Shown here piece after piece: positions 27,799-36,524 of a stretch of 63,985 nucleotides of DNA. Origin of the DNA: Acholeplasmataceae bacterium (GTDB lineage: Bacteria; Bacillota_I; Bacilli_A; ML615J-28; CAG-313); assembly GCA_012838945.1 (NCBI GenBank), contig DUOG01000041.1, positions 1 through 63,985 of the forward strand, read 5' to 3'. A program made the translations under genes and the position numbers. Below the pieces are notes generated by a model. It made no database searches and had not been told where the DNA came from. It was given only the letters and a program-made list of their open reading frames with translations. How positions within the stretch are numbered: position 1 is the first letter of the stretch; every line of letters begins with the position of its first letter.

Positions 27799-28391
27799 AA
27801 GTTATTGAAGTCGATGACCTTTCGATTCTTGAAACGATATGAAGATAAGTGATGAGTACTAATAATAACAATCTTAGATGCTTGATGAAGTTTTCTCAGT
27901 TCTTCATAAAAGGTGCGTCGAGTTGTTCGGTCGAGTCCATTCAATGGTTCATCAAAGATGTACACATCAGCATCCACCATTAAAGTCAGTATTATTAAAA
28001 GTTTTTGTTTAGTTCCCTTGGATAGTTTAATTAGGTATTTATCAAGGTGCTCTCTAAGATTAAACTTATTATAATAGTAATCTAATTTGACCGATAAACT
28101 TTCCTTATCAATATTTTTCACTTTTCCAAAGAGTGATAAAAAGTCACCTATTGTCAAATAATCGGGAAATATTAGTTTTTCTGGACAATAAGAATATGAA
28201 ATATTTTGATCTTCGACATTTCCTTCATATTTTATTAGTTTCAATAAACACTTAATAAAGGTCGATTTTCCACTACCGTTGTTGCCAACCAAAAAAATCA
28301 TATCTCCGGGAACAAAAGTTATAGTGAGATCATTAAAGACAACCAAGTTACGATACTTTTTACTTAGATTGGTAATATTAATTACGGACAT
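27795..28391 (-). CDS. ABC transporter ATP-binding protein (short, 198 aa)
   Basis: Walker A GNNGSGKST, signature LSKGTKQK, Walker B YIFDEPLNGLD. Confidence 0.9.
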   Translation of the reverse strand: MSVINITNLSKKYRNLVVFNDLTITFVPGDMIFLVGNNGSGKSTFIKCLLKLIKYEGNVEDQNISYSYCPEKLIFPDYLTIGDFLSLFGKVKNIDKESLSVKLDYYYNKFNLREHLDKYLIKLSKGTKQKLLIILTLMVDADVYIFDEPLNGLDRTTRRTFYEELRKLHQASKIVIISTHHLSSYRFKNRKVIDFNNL

Positions 28392-29322
28392 AGATAAGCT
28401 GCTCCGGTGGGGTTATTTCTCTTTTAGTTTTAAAATAACAAAAAGATGGGCTAGTGATGGTGGATACTCCATCATTCACATAGTAATTTAACTTAAAAGC
28501 CACTTGATTAATAAATGTATTTTTCAAATAAACCAAAGGTATTAAAAGATGTTTAGTTGAGCCGGCCTCAACTATTATGTCAAAATGGCTTTTGAAACTC
28601 GTTTTCTTGAAGTCATAATCTGATAAAACATCTTCTAGATGAATCTCGCCTCGGGCTATATCTTTTGGTATTTCCATAACATAATCATAGTTTGGTTTAA
28701 TAAAAGGACTAATAAATTGAAGATTATTAAGGTTAATCACCTGATCACTATCGTTAGTTATTTCAATGATAATTGAACCCAAACTGACATAATTACCTAT
28801 GGTCGCCGGGATTCCTTTTAAATAGGTAACTCGCACCTCTTCGTTTATCTTAATTTCATCAAAAGCAAAACTGCCAACCCTCATAGTTAAGACCTCGCCA
28901 TTGTGATAAGTAAACTCTAAGTAGGCGTCTTCGATCAATAATAGTTCTTCCACTTTAAAAGGGAAAACTGCTTTAAAGTCATAGCCATAATAGCGCTGAT
29001 CTTGATGATTGATGATTTCTTCATTACATGTTATTTCTACATCCTGTAATTGATAAAAATCTTTAGTAATATTGTCCACTAAAGTAGTACGACTAATACA
29101 ACTAGAATCAAAATACATTGTTCTTTTTTCACGAGCATATAGCATTAAATTTATATTCGAAGTGCTTTGACTTGTAATTGAATAGTTTTTTGGAAAAGTC
29201 AAAAAGACAAATTGTTGTTTTCGATTATATGCATCACTAATAATAAACAACGTTATTAAAAGGATTCCTAGTAAAGCATAAACTAGATATCTACCTATTT
29301 TTTTAGAAAACCACTTTTTCAT
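28378..29322 (-). CDS. Hypothetical N-terminally membrane-anchored protein
   Basis: 314 aa; one TM (YLVYALLGILLITLFIIS), then a beta-rich extracytoplasmic domain. The start overlaps the stop of the upstream gene (TAATG). No recognisable motif. Confidence 0.65.
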   Translation of the reverse strand: MKKWFSKKIGRYLVYALLGILLITLFIISDAYNRKQQFVFLTFPKNYSITSQSTSNINLMLYAREKRTMYFDSSCISRTTLVDNITKDFYQLQDVEITCNEEIINHQDQRYYGYDFKAVFPFKVEELLLIEDAYLEFTYHNGEVLTMRVGSFAFDEIKINEEVRVTYLKGIPATIGNYVSLGSIIIEITNDSDQVINLNNLQFISPFIKPNYDYVMEIPKDIARGEIHLEDVLSDYDFKKTSFKSHFDIIVEAGSTKHLLIPLVYLKNTFINQVAFKLNYYVNDGVSTITSPSFCYFKTKREITPPEQLIYVRN

Positions 29323-29954
29323 TAAATCTTTTCCTCAATTAACTCATAGCACTCATCAATGACATCAATGTATTCCCACTCACCCTTTTTAAAACAAATA
29401 CCTAAAAAGTAGTAACTGCCAACACCATTGCTTAGTTCAGCATTACCAGTTACTTTCATTGTTACTTTAGTATTGGGAAAGATGACAATACTCATTTTTG
29501 TTTCTTCACTTCTGGTAGTTGTTTTCTTACGACCAATCTCTCCCCTAATAGTAGTATCAAGTCCTACTTCTACAGCCTTAATCTTACCTTTAGCTTTTGA
29601 GGTAATGGCACCGCTTGCTGAGATACTTGTTTCAATTTTACTGCTTTCCACCATTTCATAGTTAAAGGTTACTGGGGTACTAGTGCTATTTGCCTTCGAA
29701 AAGATTGTTTCAGCAGTGTAGCGACAATCAGCATTCTTATTGATGACACCAACGCTCCACCCAAAGAATCTCCATTTTTTATACTTTTGATGAGCCTTTT
29801 GTTTCTCATAAGTTGTCATATCAATTAAGAGTTTTGCTTGTGAGCCATTAAACTCAATATCTTGGAAAGCACTATGGCCAGTATTTCGGGCCTTAACATT
29901 AACACTAACACTAACCATTAATGTTAACAGAACAATAAAGATAACTTTCTTCAT
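29322..29954 (-). CDS. Secreted beta-rich protein of unknown family
   Basis: 210 aa; Sec signal peptide MKKVIFIVLLTLMVSVSVNVKA|RN. The mature N-terminus HSAFQDIEF is reminiscent of the TasA/CalY AFNDIK motif. Ser/Thr/Lys-rich alternating stretch. Confidence 0.7.
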   Translation of the reverse strand: MKKVIFIVLLTLMVSVSVNVKARNTGHSAFQDIEFNGSQAKLLIDMTTYEKQKAHQKYKKWRFFGWSVGVINKNADCRYTAETIFSKANSTSTPVTFNYEMVESSKIETSISASGAITSKAKGKIKAVEVGLDTTIRGEIGRKKTTTRSEETKMSIVIFPNTKVTMKVTGNAELSNGVGSYYFLGICFKKGEWEYIDVIDECYELIEEKI

Positions 29955-29977
29955 AAAAAAACCTCACTTTCGCTTTA

Positions 29978-30006
29978 ATTATAGGCCAATTATTCTTAAA
30001 TAACAA
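29978..30006 (-). promoter_or_regulatory. Putative promoter of the four-gene cassette
   Basis: Reverse strand TTGTTA (30006-30001), 17 nt, TATAAT (29983-29978), about 24 nt upstream of the ATG at 29954. Confidence 0.45.
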
Positions 30007-30056
30007 TGGCTTTTAATTGCGAAAAGTGAGGGCTTTTTCAACTTTTTCAAGGTGTC

Positions 30057-31307
30057 TTATTCAGACATTAATTTTTCAATATCTTCTACTTCTTTAATTA
30101 TTTCTTGCGATAGATTAATACATCCATCATTTGTAATTAGTATATCATCTTCGATGCGAACCCCAATGTGTTCATCTTCAATATAGATTCCAGGTTCAAC
30201 TGTTACAACCATTCCCGCTTTTATTCCGAGGTTTGCTAGGTCAGGATCGTGAACATCAAGTCCTAAAGAATGTCCGATTGAATGGTAGTAATAGTTTCGG
30301 AAATCTTTTGCTAGACCTAATTTTTCACATGCGGCTTTAATTAATCCATTTGCATACTCATTATATTCCGCCCAAGTGAGACCCGCTCTTAAGAATTCAA
30401 TACACTTTTTATTAACTTCCAAAACAGCTTCATAAACTTCTCGTTGGCGTTTGGTAAACTTGCCATTGGCTGGAAAAGTGCGGGTGATATCACTGGCATA
30501 TAAGTTAGTAGCTGTACCAACGTCCATTAAGATAAGGGAATCTTTTTCAATTGGTGAGTTATTATCTGTATAGTGAAGAATTGTGGCATTTTTACCACTG
30601 CCAACAATTCCATCAAATGATTCTTTCTTTCCGTGACAATTCAAAATGAACTTAAAGTTAGCATCAACAACAGCTTCATTTTGAGCTGTCTTGGCACTTC
30701 TCATAGCGTGATAGATGGCTTCTTTGGTAGTTTCAATACTTTCTTTGATATAGTTAATTTCTTCTTCTTCTTTAATCATTCTAAGAGATAATACTAAATT
30801 GTAAATATTTTTAATAATAAGGGCTGGAAATCGATGTTGCATATGACGAGCATATTCTAAACCAAAGCTATTAAAGAGTGGGTTTGGCTTTTGATCAAGG
30901 TCAAGATAGATCTTTTCTACCTGGCCAAGTGAACGGCGATTTGATTGTAGCAAAGAAAAAACATAGTTTTCAAAATCTTTATGATAACTGATATCCTCTT
31001 TATTAACACCTGAAAGTTCACTGGCTTCTTCAACAGTCGCTTTTGCGCCAACCCATTTAACCATTACTGGGTCATTCTCATCAATAAAGAGTCTTTCACT
31101 TGTCTTATTGTTTATTTTGGATAAAACCAAAATGACATTATCTTCTTTGATCCCAGTTAAATAGAAACTGTTACGATTGCATTCAAATGGGAAATCAGCA
31201 TCAGCAGAACGTGATACATGATACCCTGAATGAATAATCGCAATTGAGTTATCTTCAATTAATTCAAGTAGTTTATTTCGATTACGTTTATGTAAATTAT
31301 TTCTCAT
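30057..31307 (-). CDS. Xaa-Pro aminopeptidase (M24B family)
   Basis: 416 aa; N-terminal AMP_N domain. Metal ligands fall in MDVGTATNLYASDITRT, HSIGHSLGLDVHD, VEPGIY and VRIEDD. Confidence 0.9.
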   Translation of the reverse strand: MRNNLHKRNRNKLLELIEDNSIAIIHSGYHVSRSADADFPFECNRNSFYLTGIKEDNVILVLSKINNKTSERLFIDENDPVMVKWVGAKATVEEASELSGVNKEDISYHKDFENYVFSLLQSNRRSLGQVEKIYLDLDQKPNPLFNSFGLEYARHMQHRFPALIIKNIYNLVLSLRMIKEEEEINYIKESIETTKEAIYHAMRSAKTAQNEAVVDANFKFILNCHGKKESFDGIVGSGKNATILHYTDNNSPIEKDSLILMDVGTATNLYASDITRTFPANGKFTKRQREVYEAVLEVNKKCIEFLRAGLTWAEYNEYANGLIKAACEKLGLAKDFRNYYYHSIGHSLGLDVHDPDLANLGIKAGMVVTVEPGIYIEDEHIGVRIEDDILITNDGCINLSQEIIKEVEDIEKLMSE

Positions 31308-31800
31308 ATTTGTTTCCTTCTTTCATTAAGTAATAGTTTTCAATTACCTCAGCAGCCGTAGTAAATACTCGGTAAGCTTCTTCTAAACTTACACGGCTTA
31401 AGATTTCATTTAATATTTCTTGTTGTCCTTTATCGTGAACCCTTAAGACTTTTCGCCCTTGAGGAGTAATAGCCAAACGAACAACTCGATGGTCCTCAAT
31501 ATCACGAATCCGGTTCAAGTAACCTTTTTTCACAATCCGGTTTACCCCAGTAGTTAAAGCACCAACTGAAACCTTTAATTTATTCGCAATAAAACTCATC
31601 GGTTTATTATTGTTCTTGCTTACAGTTTCTATAACATAAAGTTCACCAATGGTCAGGTCGGGGATATTTTTAGTATCCATGGTACGCTCTTCTACTACAC
31701 GAGCCATATTGACTAAATAGTCAAAAGCCTCTTCCATCTTTTTTTGCATAACCTTTTCGTCAATGACAACTTCTTTTTTACTTGAAACTTTTTTACTCAT
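31297..31800 (-). CDS. MarR-family transcriptional regulator
   Basis: 167 aa; winged HTH (LTIGELYVIETVSKNNNKPMSFIANKLKVSVGALTTGVNRIVKKGYLNR). 11-nt overlap with the aminopeptidase gene. Confidence 0.85.
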   Translation of the reverse strand: MSKKVSSKKEVVIDEKVMQKKMEEAFDYLVNMARVVEERTMDTKNIPDLTIGELYVIETVSKNNNKPMSFIANKLKVSVGALTTGVNRIVKKGYLNRIRDIEDHRVVRLAITPQGRKVLRVHDKGQQEILNEILSRVSLEEAYRVFTTAAEVIENYYLMKEGNKYEK

Positions 31801-31841
31801 TCTATCACCCTAATTATTAACCTATCTAATAGTATTATACT

Positions 31842-31859
31842 AAACTTATTTTTAAGTTT
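31842..31859. promoter_or_regulatory. Perfect palindrome, candidate MarR operator
   Basis: AAACTTA-TTTT-TAAGTTT, immediately upstream of a TATAAT on the reverse strand ahead of the MarR gene. Confidence 0.35.
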
Positions 31860-31882
31860 AAACTAAATAGCAAATTTATTTT

Positions 31883-31910
31883 AAAAAACCCACTAACCGA
31901 AGTTAGTGAG
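31883..31910 (-). terminator. Rho-independent terminator after acpP
   Basis: CUCACUAAC-UUCG-GUUAGUGGG stem-loop followed by UUUUUU. Confidence 0.8.
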
Positions 31911-31921
31911 TTTAATATATC

Positions 31922-32152
31922 TTACTCTAAATTTTCTAAATGAGTAACGATATCACGAACAGTTTTCATGTTTTGAGCAACTTCATCATTAATCTCAATA
32001 TCAAATTCATCTTCGATAGCCATGATTAATTCAACAGCGTCTAATGAATCAGCACCCAAATCATCAACTAAATGTGTATCTAATTGAACTTTTTCTTCTT
32101 TAACGTTAAGTTCGTCAACGATTAACTTTTTTACTTTTTCAAAAACGTTCAT
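31922..32152 (-). CDS. acpP: Acyl carrier protein
   Basis: True start is the ATG at 32152 after GGAGGA. 76 aa with the phosphopantetheine site LGADSLD. Confidence 0.9.
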   Translation of the reverse strand: MNVFEKVKKLIVDELNVKEEKVQLDTHLVDDLGADSLDAVELIMAIEDEFDIEINDEVAQNMKTVRDIVTHLENLE

Positions 32153-32168
32153 AAAATCCTCCATTAAA

Positions 32169-34424
32169 TTATTGAATTTTAACTTTTCTATTGTTTTCTT
32201 GCGGTTTGGTTGGATCAATCATTGTCAGTTGAAGGCGTCCTTTTTCAAGGTCAACATCAACTACCCAAACCTTAATTATGTCACCAACAGAAACAACATC
32301 TAATGCTCGTTTTACATACTTGGTAGACATTTTAGAGATGTGAACAAGTCCATCTTCTTCAACACCACAGTCTACGAAAGCGCCAAAATCGACCACATTA
32401 CGAACTGTTCCTTGAAGTTCCATTCCTGGTTTAAGGTCAGCAAGGTCTAAGACATCACTTCTTAAAACCGGTGTATCAAACTTATCACGTGGGTCACGTA
32501 ATGGTGCCACAAATGCATCAAGAATATCATTTAGGGTATATTCGCCAATGTTGAATTCTTTAGCTAATGCTTCACGGTCAACATCATTTACTGCCATAAT
32601 TAGTTCTTCACTACCAATGTCTTTACTAGTGAATCCTAAATGTTCAAGTAATTTATAAGCATGTTCATAACTTTCTGGGTGAATACCAGTCATGTCAAGT
32701 GGTTCAGTTCCATCAACTATTCTTAAGAAACCAATTGCTTGTTCTAAGATTTTAGGACCAATACCTTTGACATCCTTGATTTCTTCACGGCTAGTAAACT
32801 TACCATTTCCTTCACGATGAAGAACAAGATTTTTTGCTGTGCGGGCATTGAAACCAGCAACATATTGAAGTAATGATCGGGATGCTGTATTAACATTAAC
32901 CCCAACTTGGTTAACGGCTGTCTCAACAACAAACTTCAATGAGTCATTTAGTTTTGATTGAGTAACGTCGTGTTGATATTGACCAACACCAATTGATTTA
33001 GGATCGATTTTAACTAACTCACTAAGTGGGTCTTGAAGTCTACGGGCAATTGATACGGCTGATCTTTCTTCAACTTCAAAATCAGGGAATTCTTCTTGAG
33101 CTACTTCAGAAGCTGAATAAACTGAGGCACCCGCTTCATTAACGATAATATAGAAGACTTCACGGTCAATTGCTTTGATTGTCTCAGCCACAAATGCTTC
33201 AGTTTCACGAGATGCTGTACCATTCCCAATACAAATTACTTCAACATTGTATTTGTTAACTAATTCAATAATTTTATTACGAGATTGTTCTAAACGGAAT
33301 TGTGGAACTACTTCATCCTTGTTTCTTTGGTTAGGATAGATAACGCCTTTTTCAAGGAATTTACCAGTTGCATCAACCACAGCTAATTTACAACCAGTAC
33401 GGTAAGCCGGGTCAATTCCAAGGACAACTTTGCCTTTCATTGGAGGTTGTAATAAGTAGTTTCTTAAGTTTTCACCAAAGATTTGAATCGCTTGATCTTC
33501 TGCTTTCTCTTTAAGTTCAGTTCTGATTTCACGTTCAATCGATGGCTTAATTAAACGTTTATAACCATCTTCAATAGCCTCTAATACATAAGATGTTGTA
33601 AGAGAGTCTTCATTTTTAATTACTTGCTTATTTAAATAAGCTATACATTGATCATATTCTTCAACAACTTGAACCTTTAAGACCTTTTCAGCTTCACCAC
33701 GGTTGATTGCAAGAACACGGTATAATTTAACCGTTCTAATTGGTTCTTCAAAATCATAGTACATTTCATATACTTTTTTCGGGTCTTCAGCATTTGGTCG
33801 AACTTCACTCTTTAGCTTAGCATGTAAGTTGAAGTTTTTGCGGAGCCATGTACGGTATTTAGGTTCATCAGAAACAATTTCAGCAATTATATCTTTAGCT
33901 CCTTGAAGAGCATCATTTTCATCTTTAACAATTAAACCTTCTTTTTCAATTTCTTCAGTAATTTCTTTAGTAACGTATTTAGCCGCTTCGGCCAATACAT
34001 CACCTTCAGTTGGGAAGGTTAATAGGAATTCAGCTAGTGGTTCTAAACCTTTCTTTTTAGCTTCAGTTGCTCTTGTCTTTTTCTTTTCCTTGTAAGGTCG
34101 ATAGATATCTTCCACCTCAGCAAGTTTCGTAGCAGCTATAATACTATTACGAATTTCATCAGTCAATTTACCTTTTTCTTCAATTAGACGCATAACGTCT
34201 TCTTTACGTTGGGCTAATTTTTGACCATAATCCCATTCTTGGTAGATCGCTCTAATTTGATCTTCATCTAAACCGCCAGTTACTTCTTTTCGATAACGAG
34301 CAATAAAAGGTACAGTAGCCCCATCATTGATTAGATTTAAAACCGCATTAATCTGTGGGAGCGTAACTTTAAGATTGTTCGCTATTTCTTTCAATAACTG
34401 GTCATTAATGTAATTTGTATCCAT
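32169..34424 (-). CDS. Tex-like transcription accessory protein (YqgF/HhH/S1 domains)
   Basis: Start at ATG 34424 (GGAGG plus 6 nt). VPFIARYRKE motif, RuvC/YqgF-like core, C-terminal S1 domain (GTVRNVVDFGAFVD). Confidence 0.92.
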   Translation of the reverse strand: MDTNYINDQLLKEIANNLKVTLPQINAVLNLINDGATVPFIARYRKEVTGGLDEDQIRAIYQEWDYGQKLAQRKEDVMRLIEEKGKLTDEIRNSIIAATKLAEVEDIYRPYKEKKKTRATEAKKKGLEPLAEFLLTFPTEGDVLAEAAKYVTKEITEEIEKEGLIVKDENDALQGAKDIIAEIVSDEPKYRTWLRKNFNLHAKLKSEVRPNAEDPKKVYEMYYDFEEPIRTVKLYRVLAINRGEAEKVLKVQVVEEYDQCIAYLNKQVIKNEDSLTTSYVLEAIEDGYKRLIKPSIEREIRTELKEKAEDQAIQIFGENLRNYLLQPPMKGKVVLGIDPAYRTGCKLAVVDATGKFLEKGVIYPNQRNKDEVVPQFRLEQSRNKIIELVNKYNVEVICIGNGTASRETEAFVAETIKAIDREVFYIIVNEAGASVYSASEVAQEEFPDFEVEERSAVSIARRLQDPLSELVKIDPKSIGVGQYQHDVTQSKLNDSLKFVVETAVNQVGVNVNTASRSLLQYVAGFNARTAKNLVLHREGNGKFTSREEIKDVKGIGPKILEQAIGFLRIVDGTEPLDMTGIHPESYEHAYKLLEHLGFTSKDIGSEELIMAVNDVDREALAKEFNIGEYTLNDILDAFVAPLRDPRDKFDTPVLRSDVLDLADLKPGMELQGTVRNVVDFGAFVDCGVEEDGLVHISKMSTKYVKRALDVVSVGDIIKVWVVDVDLEKGRLQLTMIDPTKPQENNRKVKIQ

Positions 34425-34499
34425 TTCCATCCTCCATGTCAATATTGTAATTATTTTATCATATATTTCATTTTTTTTCAAGTGTTATTACCTTTGAGC

Positions 34500-35387
34500 T
34501 TATGGTTTCAATATTAGCAATTGTCCTACTCGCCATAAGATGTAAGATGCCATCTTCAGACGCACCTGATTTCGGTCTCCTTCAAATTGGAGACGTTCAA
34601 TATTGATAAAACCATTATAGGAACAAGCAAAATAACAAAGTCCATCATCAGGATTAGGCTGGTCCCCACCAGCATAGCCGGTAACACTAACATTGACATC
34701 AGCCTTGCTTATCTTGGCCAAACCTTCAGCCATGGCTTCGGCTACTTCAGCACTAACCACCCCAAACTTCTTTATGAGTTTAGGATCAACTCCTAAGATC
34801 TCATTTTTCGAGGCATTACTGTAGGTGACAAAGCTTCGTCCGATTACTTCCGATGCTCCTTTACAATTAATTAAACGTGATACCATCAATCCACCTGTAC
34901 ACGATTCAGCAAAACAAATCTTTAGTTTTTTCTGATATAAGATTTCAAAAAGTCTTCCTTCAATCGTTTGATAGATAGTACCAATATAATAATCAGGATA
35001 TCTTTCTTTTAAATCCTTTAAAAATGAATCAAGTTTATCCTGATCTTTATCCTCTGAGATCAGGTGAACAATTGTTTGATCAATTGTCCTTTCATAAGTC
35101 ACAAAAACCCCCTCTACTTCTTCAACTTTAAACTCTGGATATTCAATGAAGCGCACTCCTTGATAATAATACCCACTAGTAGTTGGGAAGTTCTTTTTTA
35201 ACTCAGAAAATATTATGTAATCAATATCCTGATAATACTCAAAAACATTATCAGCTATGCCAATAACTGGTTTATCATTTACAAAGTATTTTGCTGTACC
35301 TTTTGTTGGTTCTTTTTGATAGTTCCAATTTGCATCTGGAACTAGTAATTTTAGAAAAAAGTTGCTTCTATGATCCATATTAATCAC
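34500..35387 (-). CDS. Nicotinamide-nucleotide amidohydrolase (PncC/CinA C-terminal domain) fused to an unrecognised N-terminal domain
   Basis: 295 aa. The C-terminal 160 aa read ICFAESCTGGLMVSRL...SFVTYSNASKNEILGV...VSVTGYAGG. The N-terminal roughly 130 aa is not the usual MoCF-type CinA domain. Confidence 0.8.
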   Translation of the reverse strand: MINMDHRSNFFLKLLVPDANWNYQKEPTKGTAKYFVNDKPVIGIADNVFEYYQDIDYIIFSELKKNFPTTSGYYYQGVRFIEYPEFKVEEVEGVFVTYERTIDQTIVHLISEDKDQDKLDSFLKDLKERYPDYYIGTIYQTIEGRLFEILYQKKLKICFAESCTGGLMVSRLINCKGASEVIGRSFVTYSNASKNEILGVDPKLIKKFGVVSAEVAEAMAEGLAKISKADVNVSVTGYAGGDQPNPDDGLCYFACSYNGFINIERLQFEGDRNQVRLKMASYILWRVGQLLILKP

Positions 35388-35554
35388 CTTTATTATTATA
35401 GACTAAATTAGGAATGCTATTAAATTTAATAAAGTAGTATTTAAACTACTGCCTTTAAATCAATTATATTGTAAACAAAAAAATGCCCAAAGTAAAGCAT
35501 TTAGACAAATAGATTTACAAGTTAGGTCTTTTCGGGTATAATTATATAAGAAAG

Positions 35555-36163
35555 GTGATTTCTTTGAAAACAATTAAAGATGAAGTAATAAACACAATCA
35601 TAATTAAAAAAAGTACCTTTATCACCAAAATGGCCCCGAAGAGTTCAATTCAAGAAGCAAGGGAATATATTGATAGCATCAAAGCTGAATATCCTGATGC
35701 TACTCATCACCCAGCAGCTTATATCATCGGTAATCACGGTGAATATGGTCATGCCAATGATGATGGTGAACCAGGAAAAACGGCTGGTGCACCAATATTT
35801 GATGTACTTAGAAAAAATGATCTAACCAATGTTGTTGCGGTGGTGGTTCGCTATTTCGGTGGAATAAAACTAGGAGCTGGAGGGCTTGTCCGGGCCTATT
35901 CTAAAAGTACTGCTGAAGCGGTGAAACTCGCTACCATTGTACCGATTATTGAATATTCCCGCTTACACCTTACCTTTGATTATCCATCAATGCCAATCAT
36001 TGAACCATATTTAAATGACACAAAAATAATTAGTCGAAACTTTACTAAAAACATTAGTTATATAATTGAATTACCAACTAGTGAGGTATCAAGATTAAAA
36101 ACTATTTTAAACGAACTTACCCAAGGTAAGATTATTATTCATGAGGTTATAACGGAAGACTAA
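35555..36163 (+). CDS. IMPACT/YigZ-family protein (UPF0029)
   Basis: 202 aa; HHPAAYIIG...DDGEPGKTAGAPI...VVVRYFGGIKLGAGGLVRAY. The likely start is TTG 35564 after AAAGGTGA rather than GTG 35555. Confidence 0.85.
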   Translation: MISLKTIKDEVINTIIIKKSTFITKMAPKSSIQEAREYIDSIKAEYPDATHHPAAYIIGNHGEYGHANDDGEPGKTAGAPIFDVLRKNDLTNVVAVVVRYFGGIKLGAGGLVRAYSKSTAEAVKLATIVPIIEYSRLHLTFDYPSMPIIEPYLNDTKIISRNFTKNISYIIELPTSEVSRLKTILNELTQGKIIIHEVITED

Positions 36164-36415
36164 CTATTTTTTCTTTGAATATCTTTGTTTAGTTGATTCT
36201 CCCCCACGGATATGTTTTACTTGTTGATTGTATTCAAATAATTCTTGGACTTGTTGATACAAACGAAAATCAATATCTTTTAGTCGTTCTGATAAATCTT
36301 TATGGACTGTACTTTTCGAACATCCAATCCGCTTGGCAACTTCGCGAACTGTACTTCTTTCCAAAAGTAAAAAACGAGCACCTAATAAGGTTCGTTCGCG
36401 GATTACTGAATCCAT
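36164..36415 (-). CDS. spoIIID: SpoIIID-family small HTH transcriptional regulator
   Basis: Start at ATG 36415 after AGGAGGGG. IRERTLLGARFLL...TVREVAKRIGCSKSTVHKDLSERL...HIRGGESTKQRY parallels B. subtilis SpoIIID. Confidence 0.8.
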   Translation of the reverse strand: MDSVIRERTLLGARFLLLERSTVREVAKRIGCSKSTVHKDLSERLKDIDFRLYQQVQELFEYNQQVKHIRGGESTKQRYSKKK

Positions 36416-36524
36416 ACCATCCCCTCCTAAAAATATCATATGAAGGCGGGGTCTTTTTTATTACCTTAGGACCTTATTAAATCAAACTGCTCATCTTTTT
36501 ATGCGAAATCTGTTATAATAAGTA

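Noticed and set aside
29962-30031. A long-range inverted repeat, CCTCACTTTCGC / GCGAAAAGTGAGG, flanking the cassette promoter, considered as an RBS-sequestering leader.
   Set aside because: The best promoter lies between the two arms, so they would not be on the same transcript. The distal arm more likely belongs to the weak terminator region of the aminopeptidase gene.
32153-32218. Apparent 50-nt overlap between the Tex-like gene and the acpP ORF, and similar N-terminal extensions of the upp, nrdD and spoIIID ORFs.
   Set aside because: This is an artefact of longest-ORF calling. In each case a downstream ATG with a strong GGAGG-type SD gives the conserved N-terminus.
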